From contig JBNJFB010000026.1 of assembly GCA_051746405.1 (NCBI GenBank), positions 1-28,548 of the forward strand: DNA of 28,548 bases, in the 5' to 3' direction. The translations under genes and the position numbers were made by a program. The notes below the pieces were generated by a model. That model was given only the letters and a program-made list of their open reading frames with translations, searched no databases and was not told the origin of the DNA. Shown here one piece after another: positions 9,506 through 19,368 of the stretch (its first letter is position 1; the number at the start of each line of letters is the position of its first letter). The DNA comes from Campylobacterota bacterium (lineage in GTDB: Bacteria; Campylobacterota; Campylobacteria; Campylobacterales; Arcobacteraceae).

Positions 9506-10321
9506 ATGGAAGATATACAAAAAATAATTTTAGATTATGGAGTAATAGATTATGCAATTAATATTGTTTTTGCATTGGCTATTTTCATTATTGGTAAGTG
9601 GGCTGCTAGAAAGATAACAGATGTTATTTTAAAAGTAGCAAGAAAAGCTAAAAAAGTAGATGAAACACTAATAAAGTTTTTTGAAAATATCATCTATTAT
9701 ATTCTTCTAATAGTAGTAGCTTTATCTGCATTAAAACAAATTGGTGTTGATACAACATCATTTTTTGCTATTTTAGGTGCAGCTGGTTTAGCAATTGGTT
9801 TAGCACTTAAAGACTCACTTGGGAATTTTGCATCTGGTGTTATGCTTATAATGTTTAGATATTTTAAGGTTGGTGATTATGTAACTGTAGGTGGTGCAAG
9901 TGGTAGTGTTGAAGAGATATCTATTTTTAATACTGTATTAAGAACACCTGATAATCAGATACTTATAGTTCCAAACGGTTCAATTACTACAGATACTATA
10001 ATAAATGTAAATGCAAAAGATAAAAGAAGAGTTGATTTAGTTGTAGGAATTGGTTATGACGATGATATTAAAAAAGCAAAAGATGTTTTAAAATCAATTG
10101 TAAATGATGAAAGTAGAGTATTACAAGAAGAGGCTAATTTAGTAGCTGTATCAGAATTGGGTGATTCATCTGTAAACTTTGTAGTTAGAGCTTGGGTTAA
10201 TACTCCTGATTATTGGCCTGTAAAGTTTGATTTAACTGAAGAGGTTAAAACAAGATTTGACCAAGAGGGTATCTCTATTCCATTCCCTCAAACTGATGTA
10301 CATGTGTACAAGCAAGATTAA
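9506..10321 (+). CDS. mscS: Small-conductance mechanosensitive channel
   Basis: TM3 motif GAAGLAIGLALKDSLGNFASG, FKVGDYV, VPNG and GISIPFPQ. Confidence 0.93.
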   Translation: MEDIQKIILDYGVIDYAINIVFALAIFIIGKWAARKITDVILKVARKAKKVDETLIKFFENIIYYILLIVVALSALKQIGVDTTSFFAILGAAGLAIGLALKDSLGNFASGVMLIMFRYFKVGDYVTVGGASGSVEEISIFNTVLRTPDNQILIVPNGSITTDTIINVNAKDKRRVDLVVGIGYDDDIKKAKDVLKSIVNDESRVLQEEANLVAVSELGDSSVNFVVRAWVNTPDYWPVKFDLTEEVKTRFDQEGISIPFPQTDVHVYKQD

Positions 10322-11699
10322 AACTCCTAAAATACTTCAAAAAATAGTTCAAAGCTTACAAGAAAATGGTATTAAACCTATTCTTGTAGGTGGATGTATT
10401 AGAGACTCACTTTTAAATATTCCTTGTAAAGATTATGATGTAGAACTTTTTGGTATTGACTCTTTAGATGAAGTTGAGCCAATTTTAAAAAGTTTTGGTA
10501 GTGTGAAGCAAGTTGGAAAGTCATTTGGGGTTTTGACTATGAAAATAGACTCTTATGATTTTGATTTTGCTTTAGCTAGATTAGAAAAAAAAGTAGGTGT
10601 TGGTCATAGGGGCTTTGAAGTTATAAATGATAAAAATCTTGATTTTGAAGAAGCTAGTAAAAGGCGTGATTTTACTATAAACTCAATAGGTTATGATATT
10701 TTTGAAAAAAAACTAATAGATCCAAATGGTGGTAAAAAAGATTTAGAACTAAAGGTTTTAAGACATATTGAAGATAAAACATTTATAGAAGATCCTTTAA
10801 GGGTATATAGAGCAATACAGTTTTGTGCTAGGTATAATCTAAAACTTCATAGTAAAACATTTGAATTATGCAAAACTATAGTTGAAAAGAATCAACTTAA
10901 AGAGCTTCCAAAAGAGAGGGTATTTGAAGAGTTAAAAAAACTGTTTTTAAAATCGCAAAAACCATCAATTGGGTTAGAACTCTTAAAAGAATTGGGAGTA
11001 TTAAAAGATTTTCCCCAATTAGAAGCTTTAGTTGGCTGTATTCAGGATAAACGGTATCATCCTGAGGGTGATGTTTGGACTCATACTTTAATGAGCGTAG
11101 ATGAGTTAGCAAGGATTTTAAAAGAGCAAAAAATAGATGATGAGTATAGAAAACTATATCTTTTTTATGCAATTTTATGCCATGATTTAGGAAAACCTTT
11201 TTGTACTCAAATTACAAAAGAGAATAGAGTAACTTCACATAAACATGAAGTATTAGGAGTAGAGCCAACAATTAGTTTTTTAGCTCTACTTACAAATGAA
11301 AAAAGGTTTATAGAGCTTATAACCCCTCTTGTAAAAACACATCTTGCCCCTTTTCAGTTATATCTTGCAAACTCTTCATTAAAAGCTGTTAAAAGATTGT
11401 CTTTAAAAGTTAATATTGAAGATTTATGTTTAGTATGTTTAGCTGATTGTTTAGGTAGAGATATAAAAGATAAGCAGAAGTGTCAAAAAGCAATCTCATG
11501 GCTTTTAAGTAAAGCAAAAGAGCTTAATATTCAAAATCAAGCACTTAAACCTATTGTGTTAGGTAGAGACTTATTAAACTTAGGACTAAAGCCATCAAAA
11601 CAGTTCAAAGAGATTTTAAATTTTGCTATGGATTTACAAATAGATGAGGGTTTAGAAAAGAAGAGTATTTTAGAAAAGATTAAAGAGAAGTATCTTTAA
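10302..11699 (+). CDS. cca: CCA tRNA nucleotidyltransferase (class II) with HD phosphohydrolase domain
   Basis: VGGCIRD..KDYD, RRDFTIN, EDPLR, and HD domain HPEGDVWTH...LCHDLGK. Start uncertain (ATG 10296 or 10302, overlapping the mscS end); the track's 10257 start is probably too long. Confidence 0.88.
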   Translation: MCTSKIKTPKILQKIVQSLQENGIKPILVGGCIRDSLLNIPCKDYDVELFGIDSLDEVEPILKSFGSVKQVGKSFGVLTMKIDSYDFDFALARLEKKVGVGHRGFEVINDKNLDFEEASKRRDFTINSIGYDIFEKKLIDPNGGKKDLELKVLRHIEDKTFIEDPLRVYRAIQFCARYNLKLHSKTFELCKTIVEKNQLKELPKERVFEELKKLFLKSQKPSIGLELLKELGVLKDFPQLEALVGCIQDKRYHPEGDVWTHTLMSVDELARILKEQKIDDEYRKLYLFYAILCHDLGKPFCTQITKENRVTSHKHEVLGVEPTISFLALLTNEKRFIELITPLVKTHLAPFQLYLANSSLKAVKRLSLKVNIEDLCLVCLADCLGRDIKDKQKCQKAISWLLSKAKELNIQNQALKPIVLGRDLLNLGLKPSKQFKEILNFAMDLQIDEGLEKKSILEKIKEKYL

Positions 11700-11704
11700 T
11701 CTTT
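11675..11704. terminator. 12-bp perfect hairpin at the convergent cca/lnt junction (putative terminator)
   Basis: AAAGATTAAAGA-gaagta-TCTTTAATCTTT; only 3 nt separate the two stop codons. Confidence 0.5.
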
Positions 11705-12938
11705 AAGGTCTTACTATATAGTTTTCACTCATATTTGTTACATGATAGATTGTAACATCATATTTTCTAGCATAATATTTTAAAAGCATTTTTTGTAAGG
11801 TTGGTTCAATTGATGGGGTAAACCAAGCGTTATTTGAAGTTACAATCATATGTTTTACACCATTTAAGTTTTCAAAAATTTTATCAGTTGTTGCTTCATA
11901 ACATATTGCATTTCTTACTTTTTGACCACCTATTATAAAATCAGTTGGTTTACTGGCTTTTGCATAATCACTTGCTCCATCATAGAAAATATCATTTATT
12001 AAATCAACTAAAACTTTTGGTAGTGGAATTTTTTCTCCAAATGGAACTAATACAACTTTTTTTGCAATATCTTTTAACTCTTTTTGGCTGAAATGATAGG
12101 TTGCATTATAGATTGAATTATTTTCATATAGTAATGCACCCACTACTATATCAATTTTACTAGAACGTAACTTTAGAGTATTTACTAACTCTTGATTTCT
12201 ATTTAAAATAGTAGGAAGTGCTGTTTCAGGTAAAATAATCAACTCTTTTTTATCTTTTATTGCTTTATCTATTTTATTTATGACTCTTTTTATCTCAACT
12301 GTTTTGTACTGTGTTTCCCATTTTATATCCTGGGGAGTATTCATATTAGCCATATGTAAAGAAGAGTTTAGATTATCTATATATGTACCTACTGGCCAAT
12401 TAATAGCTAAAAATAGGGGAATTACAGCTAAAAGTTTTCCTTTTTTTAAGGTACTTAGCATATATATGGATGTTAATATAAGAGCAAAAGCAACTTTTGA
12501 AGTCTCAAAGTAAGAGTTAATAAAGATAACTTCAAACTTCATCCAGTTGAACTCAAAAGGTGCTATAAAGGTAAATCCAAAGATTAGTAAAGTTCTTATA
12601 ACTTTGTTATCAATAATACCAAAAAGTAAAAATATAACTCCATATCCTATACCAATTAGAAAAATTAAAACAGGAGCTAAATATATTAAATCATAGTATT
12701 TTAGACTAATTGCTATAAAATAGAACCATGCAATACCTGTAACAAACCCAGCAATAAATAAAGATTTTCTAGATATTATTAAAAGACAATAAAGTCCAAT
12801 AAGCCCTAATACAGTATTTAAAAGTCTATTTTCAACTCCAAAATAGCTTAAGTATATAAAAGCACTTAAGAATATTGCTGTGATGAAGCCTTTTATTATA
12901 AAGTTTTTGTTAGAATTATCGCGTTTTGCTAAAAACAT
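11703..12938 (-). CDS. lnt: Apolipoprotein N-acyltransferase
   Basis: Multi-TM N-terminus plus nitrilase-fold triad motifs LPETAL, KVVLVPFGE and AICYE; SNNAWF. Confidence 0.95.
   Translation of the reverse strand: MFLAKRDNSNKNFIIKGFITAIFLSAFIYLSYFGVENRLLNTVLGLIGLYCLLIISRKSLFIAGFVTGIAWFYFIAISLKYYDLIYLAPVLIFLIGIGYGVIFLLFGIIDNKVIRTLLIFGFTFIAPFEFNWMKFEVIFINSYFETSKVAFALILTSIYMLSTLKKGKLLAVIPLFLAINWPVGTYIDNLNSSLHMANMNTPQDIKWETQYKTVEIKRVINKIDKAIKDKKELIILPETALPTILNRNQELVNTLKLRSSKIDIVVGALLYENNSIYNATYHFSQKELKDIAKKVVLVPFGEKIPLPKVLVDLINDIFYDGASDYAKASKPTDFIIGGQKVRNAICYEATTDKIFENLNGVKHMIVTSNNAWFTPSIEPTLQKMLLKYYARKYDVTIYHVTNMSENYIVRP
12908..12916 (+). promoter_or_regulatory. Extended -10 (TGtTAGAAT) for yajC-secD-secF, located inside lnt
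   Basis: TG-n-TAGAAT about 50 nt before the yajC start; the intergenic gap is too short to hold a promoter. Confidence 0.45.
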
Positions 12939-12966
12939 AATAAACTACTTTTAAAAAGGAAAATTG

Positions 12967-13242
12967 ATGGAAGGTTCGAGTACAGACTTAATAAGTTCAT
13001 TATTACCTCTTGTTGCATTATTTGCGATTTTTTACTTTTTGATTATTAGACCACAACAAAAACAGGCTAAAAAGCACAAAGAGATGGTGGCTAATTTACA
13101 AAAAGGTGATAAGATTGTAACAAATGGAGGCTTAATCGTTGAAGTTACGAAAGTTGAAGAGGAACATTTTGTGGTAAAAAACAGCGATAATACTGAAATG
13201 AAACTAATTAGAGAGTTTGTTGCTAGAAAACTAGAAGAATAA
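12967..13242 (+). CDS. yajC: Preprotein translocase subunit YajC
   Basis: FYFLIIRPQQKQAKKH and LQKGDKIVTNGG; SD AAGGA is better spaced to ATG 12967 than to TTG 12964. Confidence 0.95.
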   Translation: MEGSSTDLISSLLPLVALFAIFYFLIIRPQQKQAKKHKEMVANLQKGDKIVTNGGLIVEVTKVEEEHFVVKNSDNTEMKLIREFVARKLEE

Positions 13243-13255
13243 CCTCTATTACTAT

Positions 13256-13286
13256 TTAAGATATGTAAGTAACTTGCATATCTTAA
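13256..13286 (+). other. Intergenic stem-loop between yajC and secD
   Basis: TTAAGATATGTAAG-taa-CTTGCATATCTTAA: 14-bp stem with one G-U pair. Confidence 0.7.
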
Positions 13287-13326
13287 TCTTATTTATTAAA
13301 CAAAACCTCTTATTTAAGGATTAAGA

Positions 13327-14892
13327 TTGAAAATCTTCAACTATAGACTTGTAATTTTTGCATTGAGTATTGTTTTTGGTATTGTTTTTTCAATTCCTTC
13401 ACTAATGCAAACAGAAAGTGGAAAAAAAATCTCATTAGGTCTTGATTTACAGGGCGGATTACATATGCTTTTAGGTGTAAATACACATGAAGCGGTGACT
13501 TCAAAAATAAAAGCTATTACAGTATCAATTAAATATTTTTCAGAAAATGAAGATTTGTTAATTGATGGATTAAAAATGGAAGATAATAAGATATCTTTTA
13601 CTGTATTAGACCCTGACGAAATGACAAGAATGGATAAAATGTTAGCTACTCTTAAAGGTTTAGATATTCAAAAAAATGGTACTGATTATAGTATTAAGCT
13701 ACTACCTGAAGAGATTGAAAGAACAAAAGATTTATCAGTTTCACAAGCAGTTGAAACTATAAGAAATAGACTTGACCAGTTTGGACTTGCAGAGCCAACT
13801 GTAATAAGACAAGGGCAAAAAGATATTGTTGTGCAACTTCCTGGAATAAAAACCCAAGAAGAAGAGAAAGAGGCTAGAAAGCTTATCTCAAGACCTGCAA
13901 ACCTAGAGCTTATGGCAGTTGATGAGGAAAGAATTGACCAAGTTTATACTATGAGTGATGCACAAGCTGCTTTATATGGAGATATAATCTTAGAGGATAA
14001 GAGAAATCCTGCAAAAAAATATCTAGTAAAAGAGATACCTATCTTAAGTGGTTCACAGGTAATTGATGCACAAGTTGCATTTAACCAATCTAACCAACCA
14101 ATTATTAATTTTACACTTAATGCAAGTGGTGCTAGAGTTTTTGGTGATTTTACTGCTAAGAATGTGGGAAATAGACTTGCTGTTGTTTTAGATGGTAAAG
14201 TTTACTCTGCACCAAATATCAAAGAGAGAATTGGCGGTGGCTCAGGTCAGATATCAGGTGGCTTTACAGTTCAAGAAGCAGGTAATGTTGCAATTGCTTT
14301 AAGAAGTGGTGCACTACCAGCTTCAGTTAATCTTCTTGAAAAAAGAAGTGTGGGACCATCACTTGGTGCTGATTCTATTAAAGCTTCAACTATTGCATTA
14401 GTAGCAGGGTTTTTAATTGTATTTATTTTTATGATAGTTTATTATAGAAGAGCAGGTATTATTGCTAATATTGCACTTGTGACAAACTTATTTATTATAC
14501 TTGCTGTTATGGCTATGTTTGGGGCTACTTTAACTCTACCTGGTATGGCAGGTATTGTTTTAACTGTTGGTATGGCTGTTGATGCGAATGTTATTATAGG
14601 AGAGAGAATTAGAGAGCTTCTAAAAAAAGGTGTATCTATTCCAAAAGCGATTGAAGATGGATATGCAAATGCTATGAGAGCTATTTTGGATGCAAATATC
14701 ACTACACTTTTAGTTGCGGTTATTTTATATGCATATGGAACAGGACCTATTAAAGGTTTTGCTATTACTATTTCTATTGGTATTTTAGCATCAATGCTAA
14801 CTGCTATTTTAGGAACACATGGTATTTATGAAGCACTACTTCCAAAAATTGCAAAAGACAAAGACTTAAGAAAATGGTTTGGAGTTAAATAA
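13327..14892 (+). CDS. secD: Protein translocase subunit SecD
   Basis: LGLDLQGG, IRNRLDQFGLAEP, VGPSLG and GMAVDANVII; TTG start with AAGGA SD. Confidence 0.98.
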   Translation: MKIFNYRLVIFALSIVFGIVFSIPSLMQTESGKKISLGLDLQGGLHMLLGVNTHEAVTSKIKAITVSIKYFSENEDLLIDGLKMEDNKISFTVLDPDEMTRMDKMLATLKGLDIQKNGTDYSIKLLPEEIERTKDLSVSQAVETIRNRLDQFGLAEPTVIRQGQKDIVVQLPGIKTQEEEKEARKLISRPANLELMAVDEERIDQVYTMSDAQAALYGDIILEDKRNPAKKYLVKEIPILSGSQVIDAQVAFNQSNQPIINFTLNASGARVFGDFTAKNVGNRLAVVLDGKVYSAPNIKERIGGGSGQISGGFTVQEAGNVAIALRSGALPASVNLLEKRSVGPSLGADSIKASTIALVAGFLIVFIFMIVYYRRAGIIANIALVTNLFIILAVMAMFGATLTLPGMAGIVLTVGMAVDANVIIGERIRELLKKGVSIPKAIEDGYANAMRAILDANITTLLVAVILYAYGTGPIKGFAITISIGILASMLTAILGTHGIYEALLPKIAKDKDLRKWFGVK

Positions 14893-15860
14893 TGGAATTT
14901 TTTAAATCAAGTAAAATTTATGATTTTATGGGAAAAAGATTACCTTTTTTAGGTATATCTGCAGTTTTAGTTATTGCTTCAATTGTTTTACTTTTTACAA
15001 AAGGTCTTAACTTTGGTGTAGATTTTGCAGGTGGAACTATTGTTCAAGTTCAGTATGATAAAAAAGCACCTATAAATGATATTAGAGATGTATTAAATAG
15101 TACAAAGTTTAATGGCTCTTCTATTACTAAGTTTGGTTCAGATGAAGAGATTGTTATAAAAGTTACGGGTAGTTCTTCAGATGTATCAAATGATATAGGT
15201 GACCAAATTAGAAATATATTAGTGCCAACAGGTGATTTTAAAATCAGAAGAGTTGATATGGTAGGTCCTAAAGTTGGTGATGAATTGAGGGAAAAAGGGC
15301 TTATGGCTCTTGGATTATCTCTTGTTGTAATTTTAATTTATGTATCATATAGGTTTGAATGGAGATTTGCTATTTCTTCAATTTTAGCATTAGCCCATGA
15401 TGTGATAATTGCCTTAGGTGCAATTTCTCTTGTGGGAGTTGAGGTGAATCTTGATATTTTAGCAGCAATTCTTACTATTTTAGGATACTCCTTAAATGAT
15501 ACAATTATTGTATTTGATAGGATTAGAGAGGGAGTGCAAACATCCAAAGAGTCACTTCTTGAGAAGGTCGTAAATGAATCAGTTAGTAAAACACTTTCAA
15601 GAACAACTCTTACTTCACTTACAACATTCTTTGTTGTTGCTACTTTATACCTCTTTGGTGGTGAGATTATTAATGGATTTGCATTTACACTACTTGTAGG
15701 TGTTGTAGTTGGTACTTATTCATCTATTTTTGTTGCTGCTTCATTCTTAGTTCAACTACGATTCTCAATTGCAGATTTTAGAGCTAAAGAAGCAGAGAAA
15801 CTAAAAAAACAAAAAGAGAAAGAAAAAATCAGAGCTATGTATGAAAAAGGTACTGTTTAG
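14892..15860 (+). CDS. secF: Protein translocase subunit SecF
   Basis: GVDFAGG, VGPKVG, GYSLNDTIIVFDRIRE and GTYSSIFVA; TAATG stop/start overlap with secD. Confidence 0.98.
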   Translation: MEFFKSSKIYDFMGKRLPFLGISAVLVIASIVLLFTKGLNFGVDFAGGTIVQVQYDKKAPINDIRDVLNSTKFNGSSITKFGSDEEIVIKVTGSSSDVSNDIGDQIRNILVPTGDFKIRRVDMVGPKVGDELREKGLMALGLSLVVILIYVSYRFEWRFAISSILALAHDVIIALGAISLVGVEVNLDILAAILTILGYSLNDTIIVFDRIREGVQTSKESLLEKVVNESVSKTLSRTTLTSLTTFFVVATLYLFGGEIINGFAFTLLVGVVVGTYSSIFVAASFLVQLRFSIADFRAKEAEKLKKQKEKEKIRAMYEKGTV

Positions 15861-15897
15861 TATCAAAAAGTTCTGATTTTCTACTAAAAATTAAACG

Positions 15898-15927
15898 GGG
15901 GAAGGGTTTTGCTCTTCCCCTTTTTTT
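15898..15927 (+). terminator. Rho-independent terminator after secF
   Basis: GGGGAAGGG-ttttg-CTCTTCCCC followed by T7. Confidence 0.9.
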
Positions 15928-16012
15928 ATATCTAAGAAAGCCTTTTTTTATCATTTTTTGGCTAATATATTACAATTAATAATAAAAGTTTAAATCTACA
16001 AAAGGGATAAAA

Positions 16013-16357
16013 ATGGATTGGGGCAAGGTAACCTATATATTCTTCTCACTAATGTCACTTACAACCACTGCTGGGTTTTTATATGAACCAAATGTTATAG
16101 CACTATTTATTGCAGCTGGAGTTAATGTAATATCTACAATATTAAAACTAGGGGTGAAGAACCTACTATCTGCAGAGCTATTAGCTAGTTCATTAGTAGC
16201 TGATTTACACCTTATTCCTGCATTTATGGTACTTACATTTATGCATGATATACCATTGGCTATCTCACTAGCAATTGGAGCTGTTGTAGCAAATGTTTTC
16301 TCAGTAGCATTAGCTTTAATTGAGAGTGCAAAAATAAAAGATAAGGATGATTTTTAA
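16013..16357 (+). CDS. Small membrane protein, DUF6394-like
   Basis: MDWGKV...[16 protein letters not shown]; several hydrophobic segments; position between secF and leuS as in other Campylobacterota; TAATG overlap with leuS. Confidence 0.7.
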   Translation: MDWGKVTYIFFSLMSLTTTAGFLYEPNVIALFIAAGVNVISTILKLGVKNLLSAELLASSLVADLHLIPAFMVLTFMHDIPLAISLAIGAVVANVFSVALALIESAKIKDKDDF

Positions 16358-18822
16358 TGCAATATAATTCAAAAGATATAGAACAAAAATGGCAAAACTA
16401 TTGGAGTGAAAGTAACTCTTTTGAGCCAAGTAGTGATAAATCAAAACCAAAAAAATATATTCTTAGTATGTTTCCATATCCAAGTGGTAGAATACATATG
16501 GGACATGTTAGGAATTACTGCTTAGGTGATGCATTTGCTAGACACTATAGAAAAGAAGATTTTAATGTACTTCATCCAATAGGTTGGGATAGTTTTGGAA
16601 TGCCTGCTGAAAATGCAGCTATCAAGCATAAACTACATCCAAAAAAATGGACTTATGAAAATATTGATTACATGAGAGGAGAGCTTAAATCTTTAGGTTT
16701 ATCTTTTAGTAAAAATAGAGAGTTCGCTACTTCAGATGAGCTATATACAAAGTGGGAACAAGAGTTTATTATAAAAATGTATGAAGCAGGACTTTTATAT
16801 AGAAAATCAACAACAGTTAATTGGTGTGAGCCTTGTCATACGGTATTAGCAAATGAGCAAGTAGAAGAGGGGTGTTGTTGGAGATGTGATACACCTGTTG
16901 AACAAAAAGAGATGCCAGGATATTATATAGCTATTACAAAATATGCTCAAGAGTTACTTGATGATTTAAAAACTCTTGAGGGTCAATGGCCATCACAAGT
17001 TTTAACTATGCAAGAGAATTGGATAGGTAGAAGTGAGGGCTTAGAGTTTGATTTTGAGTTATCAAAAAATTCAAAAAACAGGCTTGATAGACAGTTTAAA
17101 AAATACTCTGTATTTACAACAAGACCTGATACTATTTATGGGGTTTCTTATTCTGCTTTAGCTCCTGAACATCCTATTGTAAAGTATATAGTTGATAATA
17201 AACTTTTGCCTGAAAATAAAATCAAAGCTATTGTTCAAATGCAAAAAGTAAGCCAAAGAGATAGAGCTATAAAAGAAAAAGAGGGTATTAGTTTAGAAAT
17301 AGAAGTTATTCATCCATTAACAGGTGAAGAGATTCCTGTATGGGTTGCAAACTTTGTACTTGCATCATATGGTGGTGGTGCAGTTATGGCAGTTCCAGCT
17401 CATGACCAAAGAGATTTTGAGTTTGCTTCAAAGTATGACTTACCAATTAAGCAAGTTATTCAAAGAAAAGATGGGTTTGTTGAAAAACTAACTGAAGCAT
17501 ATACCCAAGAAGGTGAGTTGATTAATTCAGAAGGGTTTACAGGCTTAGAGAATAATAAAGCTAAAAAATCAATAATTTATCATTTTGAACAAAACTCAAT
17601 GGGTTCAAAACAGATTAACTACAAGTTAAGAGATTGGGGAGTTTCAAGACAGAGATATTGGGGTGCTGCTATTCCATTTGTACATTGTGATGATTGTGGA
17701 TTAGTTCCACAAAAAGAGGAGAATTTACCTATAACTCTACCTGATGATGTGGAAATAACAGGAAAAGGTAATCCTTTAGATAGCCATGAAACGTGGAAAA
17801 AAGCAGTCTGTCCTAAGTGTAAAAAAGAGGCTGTTAAAGAAACAGATACACTAGATACATTTGTACAGTCTTCTTGGTATTTTTTAAGATATGCAACAAA
17901 TAGTAATGTATGGAATGAAAAAGGTATATCAAAAGAGGATACTGATTATTGGATGAATGTTGATCAATATATTGGTGGTATTGAGCATGCAATTTTACAC
18001 CTGCTTTATGCAAGATTTTTTACAAAAGTATTAAATGACTTGGGTTATATAAACTCAAGGGAGCCATTTAAAAAGCTACTTACTCAAGGTATGGTTTTAA
18101 AAGATGGTGCAAAGATGTCTAAATCAAAAGGTAATGTGGTAGATCCTGATTCTATTATAGATGAGTATGGAGCTGATACTGCAAGGTTGTTTATACTTTT
18201 TGCAGCACCTCCAACAAAAGAGCTAGAGTGGAATGATAGTGCTGTTGATGGGTCATTTAAGTTTATTAAAAAGTTCTATGAAAGAGCTATTAATGTAACC
18301 CAAAAAGGAAAAGATGAGTTTAAAAATATAGACCATGACTCTTTATCAAAAGCAGAAAAAGAAGCAAGAAAAAAAGTATATGAAGCATTGGAAAAATCAA
18401 AAGATGTATTTAATAAAACTTATGCTTTTAATACATTAATTGCAGCTTCAATGGAGGCTATGAATGCACTTCAAGCACAAAAAAATGAAGCTGTATGGGC
18501 AGAGGGTTACTATGTATTAACAAATATTTTAGAACCTATAATACCTCATGTTTGCTGGGAGTTGTCTGGAAAGCTTTTCGAGCATGAAAACTTTAATACA
18601 AAACTTGAAGTTAAGCAAGAGGTATTTAAACTAGATTCAGTTTGCTTAGCTGTAACTATAAACGGTAAAAAAAGAGGTGAAGTAGAAGTTTCACCACAAG
18701 CATCAAAAGATGAAATTTTAGCAGCAGCAAAAGACAATGCAGCTAAATGGATTGATGGCAAAGAGATTATTAAAGAGATAGTTGTACCAAACAAATTAGT
18801 AAACTTAGTTATAAAAGGTTAA
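16357..18822 (+). CDS. leuS: Leucine--tRNA ligase
   Basis: [13 protein letters not shown] (HIGH), KMSKS, and editing motifs FTTRPDT and AVPAHDQRD. Confidence 0.99.
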   Translation: MQYNSKDIEQKWQNYWSESNSFEPSSDKSKPKKYILSMFPYPSGRIHMGHVRNYCLGDAFARHYRKEDFNVLHPIGWDSFGMPAENAAIKHKLHPKKWTYENIDYMRGELKSLGLSFSKNREFATSDELYTKWEQEFIIKMYEAGLLYRKSTTVNWCEPCHTVLANEQVEEGCCWRCDTPVEQKEMPGYYIAITKYAQELLDDLKTLEGQWPSQVLTMQENWIGRSEGLEFDFELSKNSKNRLDRQFKKYSVFTTRPDTIYGVSYSALAPEHPIVKYIVDNKLLPENKIKAIVQMQKVSQRDRAIKEKEGISLEIEVIHPLTGEEIPVWVANFVLASYGGGAVMAVPAHDQRDFEFASKYDLPIKQVIQRKDGFVEKLTEAYTQEGELINSEGFTGLENNKAKKSIIYHFEQNSMGSKQINYKLRDWGVSRQRYWGAAIPFVHCDDCGLVPQKEENLPITLPDDVEITGKGNPLDSHETWKKAVCPKCKKEAVKETDTLDTFVQSSWYFLRYATNSNVWNEKGISKEDTDYWMNVDQYIGGIEHAILHLLYARFFTKVLNDLGYINSREPFKKLLTQGMVLKDGAKMSKSKGNVVDPDSIIDEYGADTARLFILFAAPPTKELEWNDSAVDGSFKFIKKFYERAINVTQKGKDEFKNIDHDSLSKAEKEARKKVYEALEKSKDVFNKTYAFNTLIAASMEAMNALQAQKNEAVWAEGYYVLTNILEPIIPHVCWELSGKLFEHENFNTKLEVKQEVFKLDSVCLAVTINGKKRGEVEVSPQASKDEILAAAKDNAAKWIDGKEIIKEIVVPNKLVNLVIKG

Positions 18823-18829
18823 TTAAAGT

Positions 18830-19363
18830 ATGAAAAGTATGAATATTACAAGAAAAGTACTATTTGTACTTTTCTATTTTTTTATAATTTCTAGTTTTTA
18901 TGGTTGTGGATATAAACCAGCTTCACAATATGCAAAACAAGAGCTTAATAACACTGTTTTTGTAAAGCTTTTTGTTGACTTAAAAGATCCTAGAAATACA
19001 GTAATAGTAAAAGATGCACTAAATCAAATTTTAATACAAAAGCTTGGTAAAAAGTTGGTTGATAATGAGAGTATGGCTGATTCTGTTATGAAGCTAAAAT
19101 TAAACTCAGTTGGCATGCAAGAGTTACAGTATGATAAAGAAGGGTACAACAAGCTTTATAAAGCAGTTGTTTCTTTAGGTATAGAGTATAAAAATCAAGA
19201 TAATAAGCTTAAGTATTTTACTTTAAGTGGTGAGCATAACTTCTCTATTGATGATGGTACAACTATTACAGATACAAAAAGATTTGAAGCTATAAAAAGT
19301 GCTGCTGATGATGCAATGGATGATTTCTTATCAAAACTTGCTGTAGAGTCTTTTAGAAAGTAG
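18830..19363 (+). CDS. lptE: LPS assembly lipoprotein LptE
   Basis: Lipobox FYG-C followed by GYKP; directly after leuS. Start may be 18839. Confidence 0.8.
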   Translation: MKSMNITRKVLFVLFYFFIISSFYGCGYKPASQYAKQELNNTVFVKLFVDLKDPRNTVIVKDALNQILIQKLGKKLVDNESMADSVMKLKLNSVGMQELQYDKEGYNKLYKAVVSLGIEYKNQDNKLKYFTLSGEHNFSIDDGTTITDTKRFEAIKSAADDAMDDFLSKLAVESFRK

Positions 19364-19368
19364 GCTTT

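Noticed and set aside
10257..11699. Possibility that the nucleotidyltransferase is a poly(A) polymerase or a CC-only enzyme
   Set aside because: The loop between motifs A and B is present and the HD domain is typical of CCA enzymes; I cannot resolve specificity further by eye.
13241..13316. Short imperfect direct repeat AACCTCT..TATTTAAG in the yajC-secD spacer
   Set aside because: Only two short AT-rich copies; not a CRISPR array or a convincing target-site duplication.
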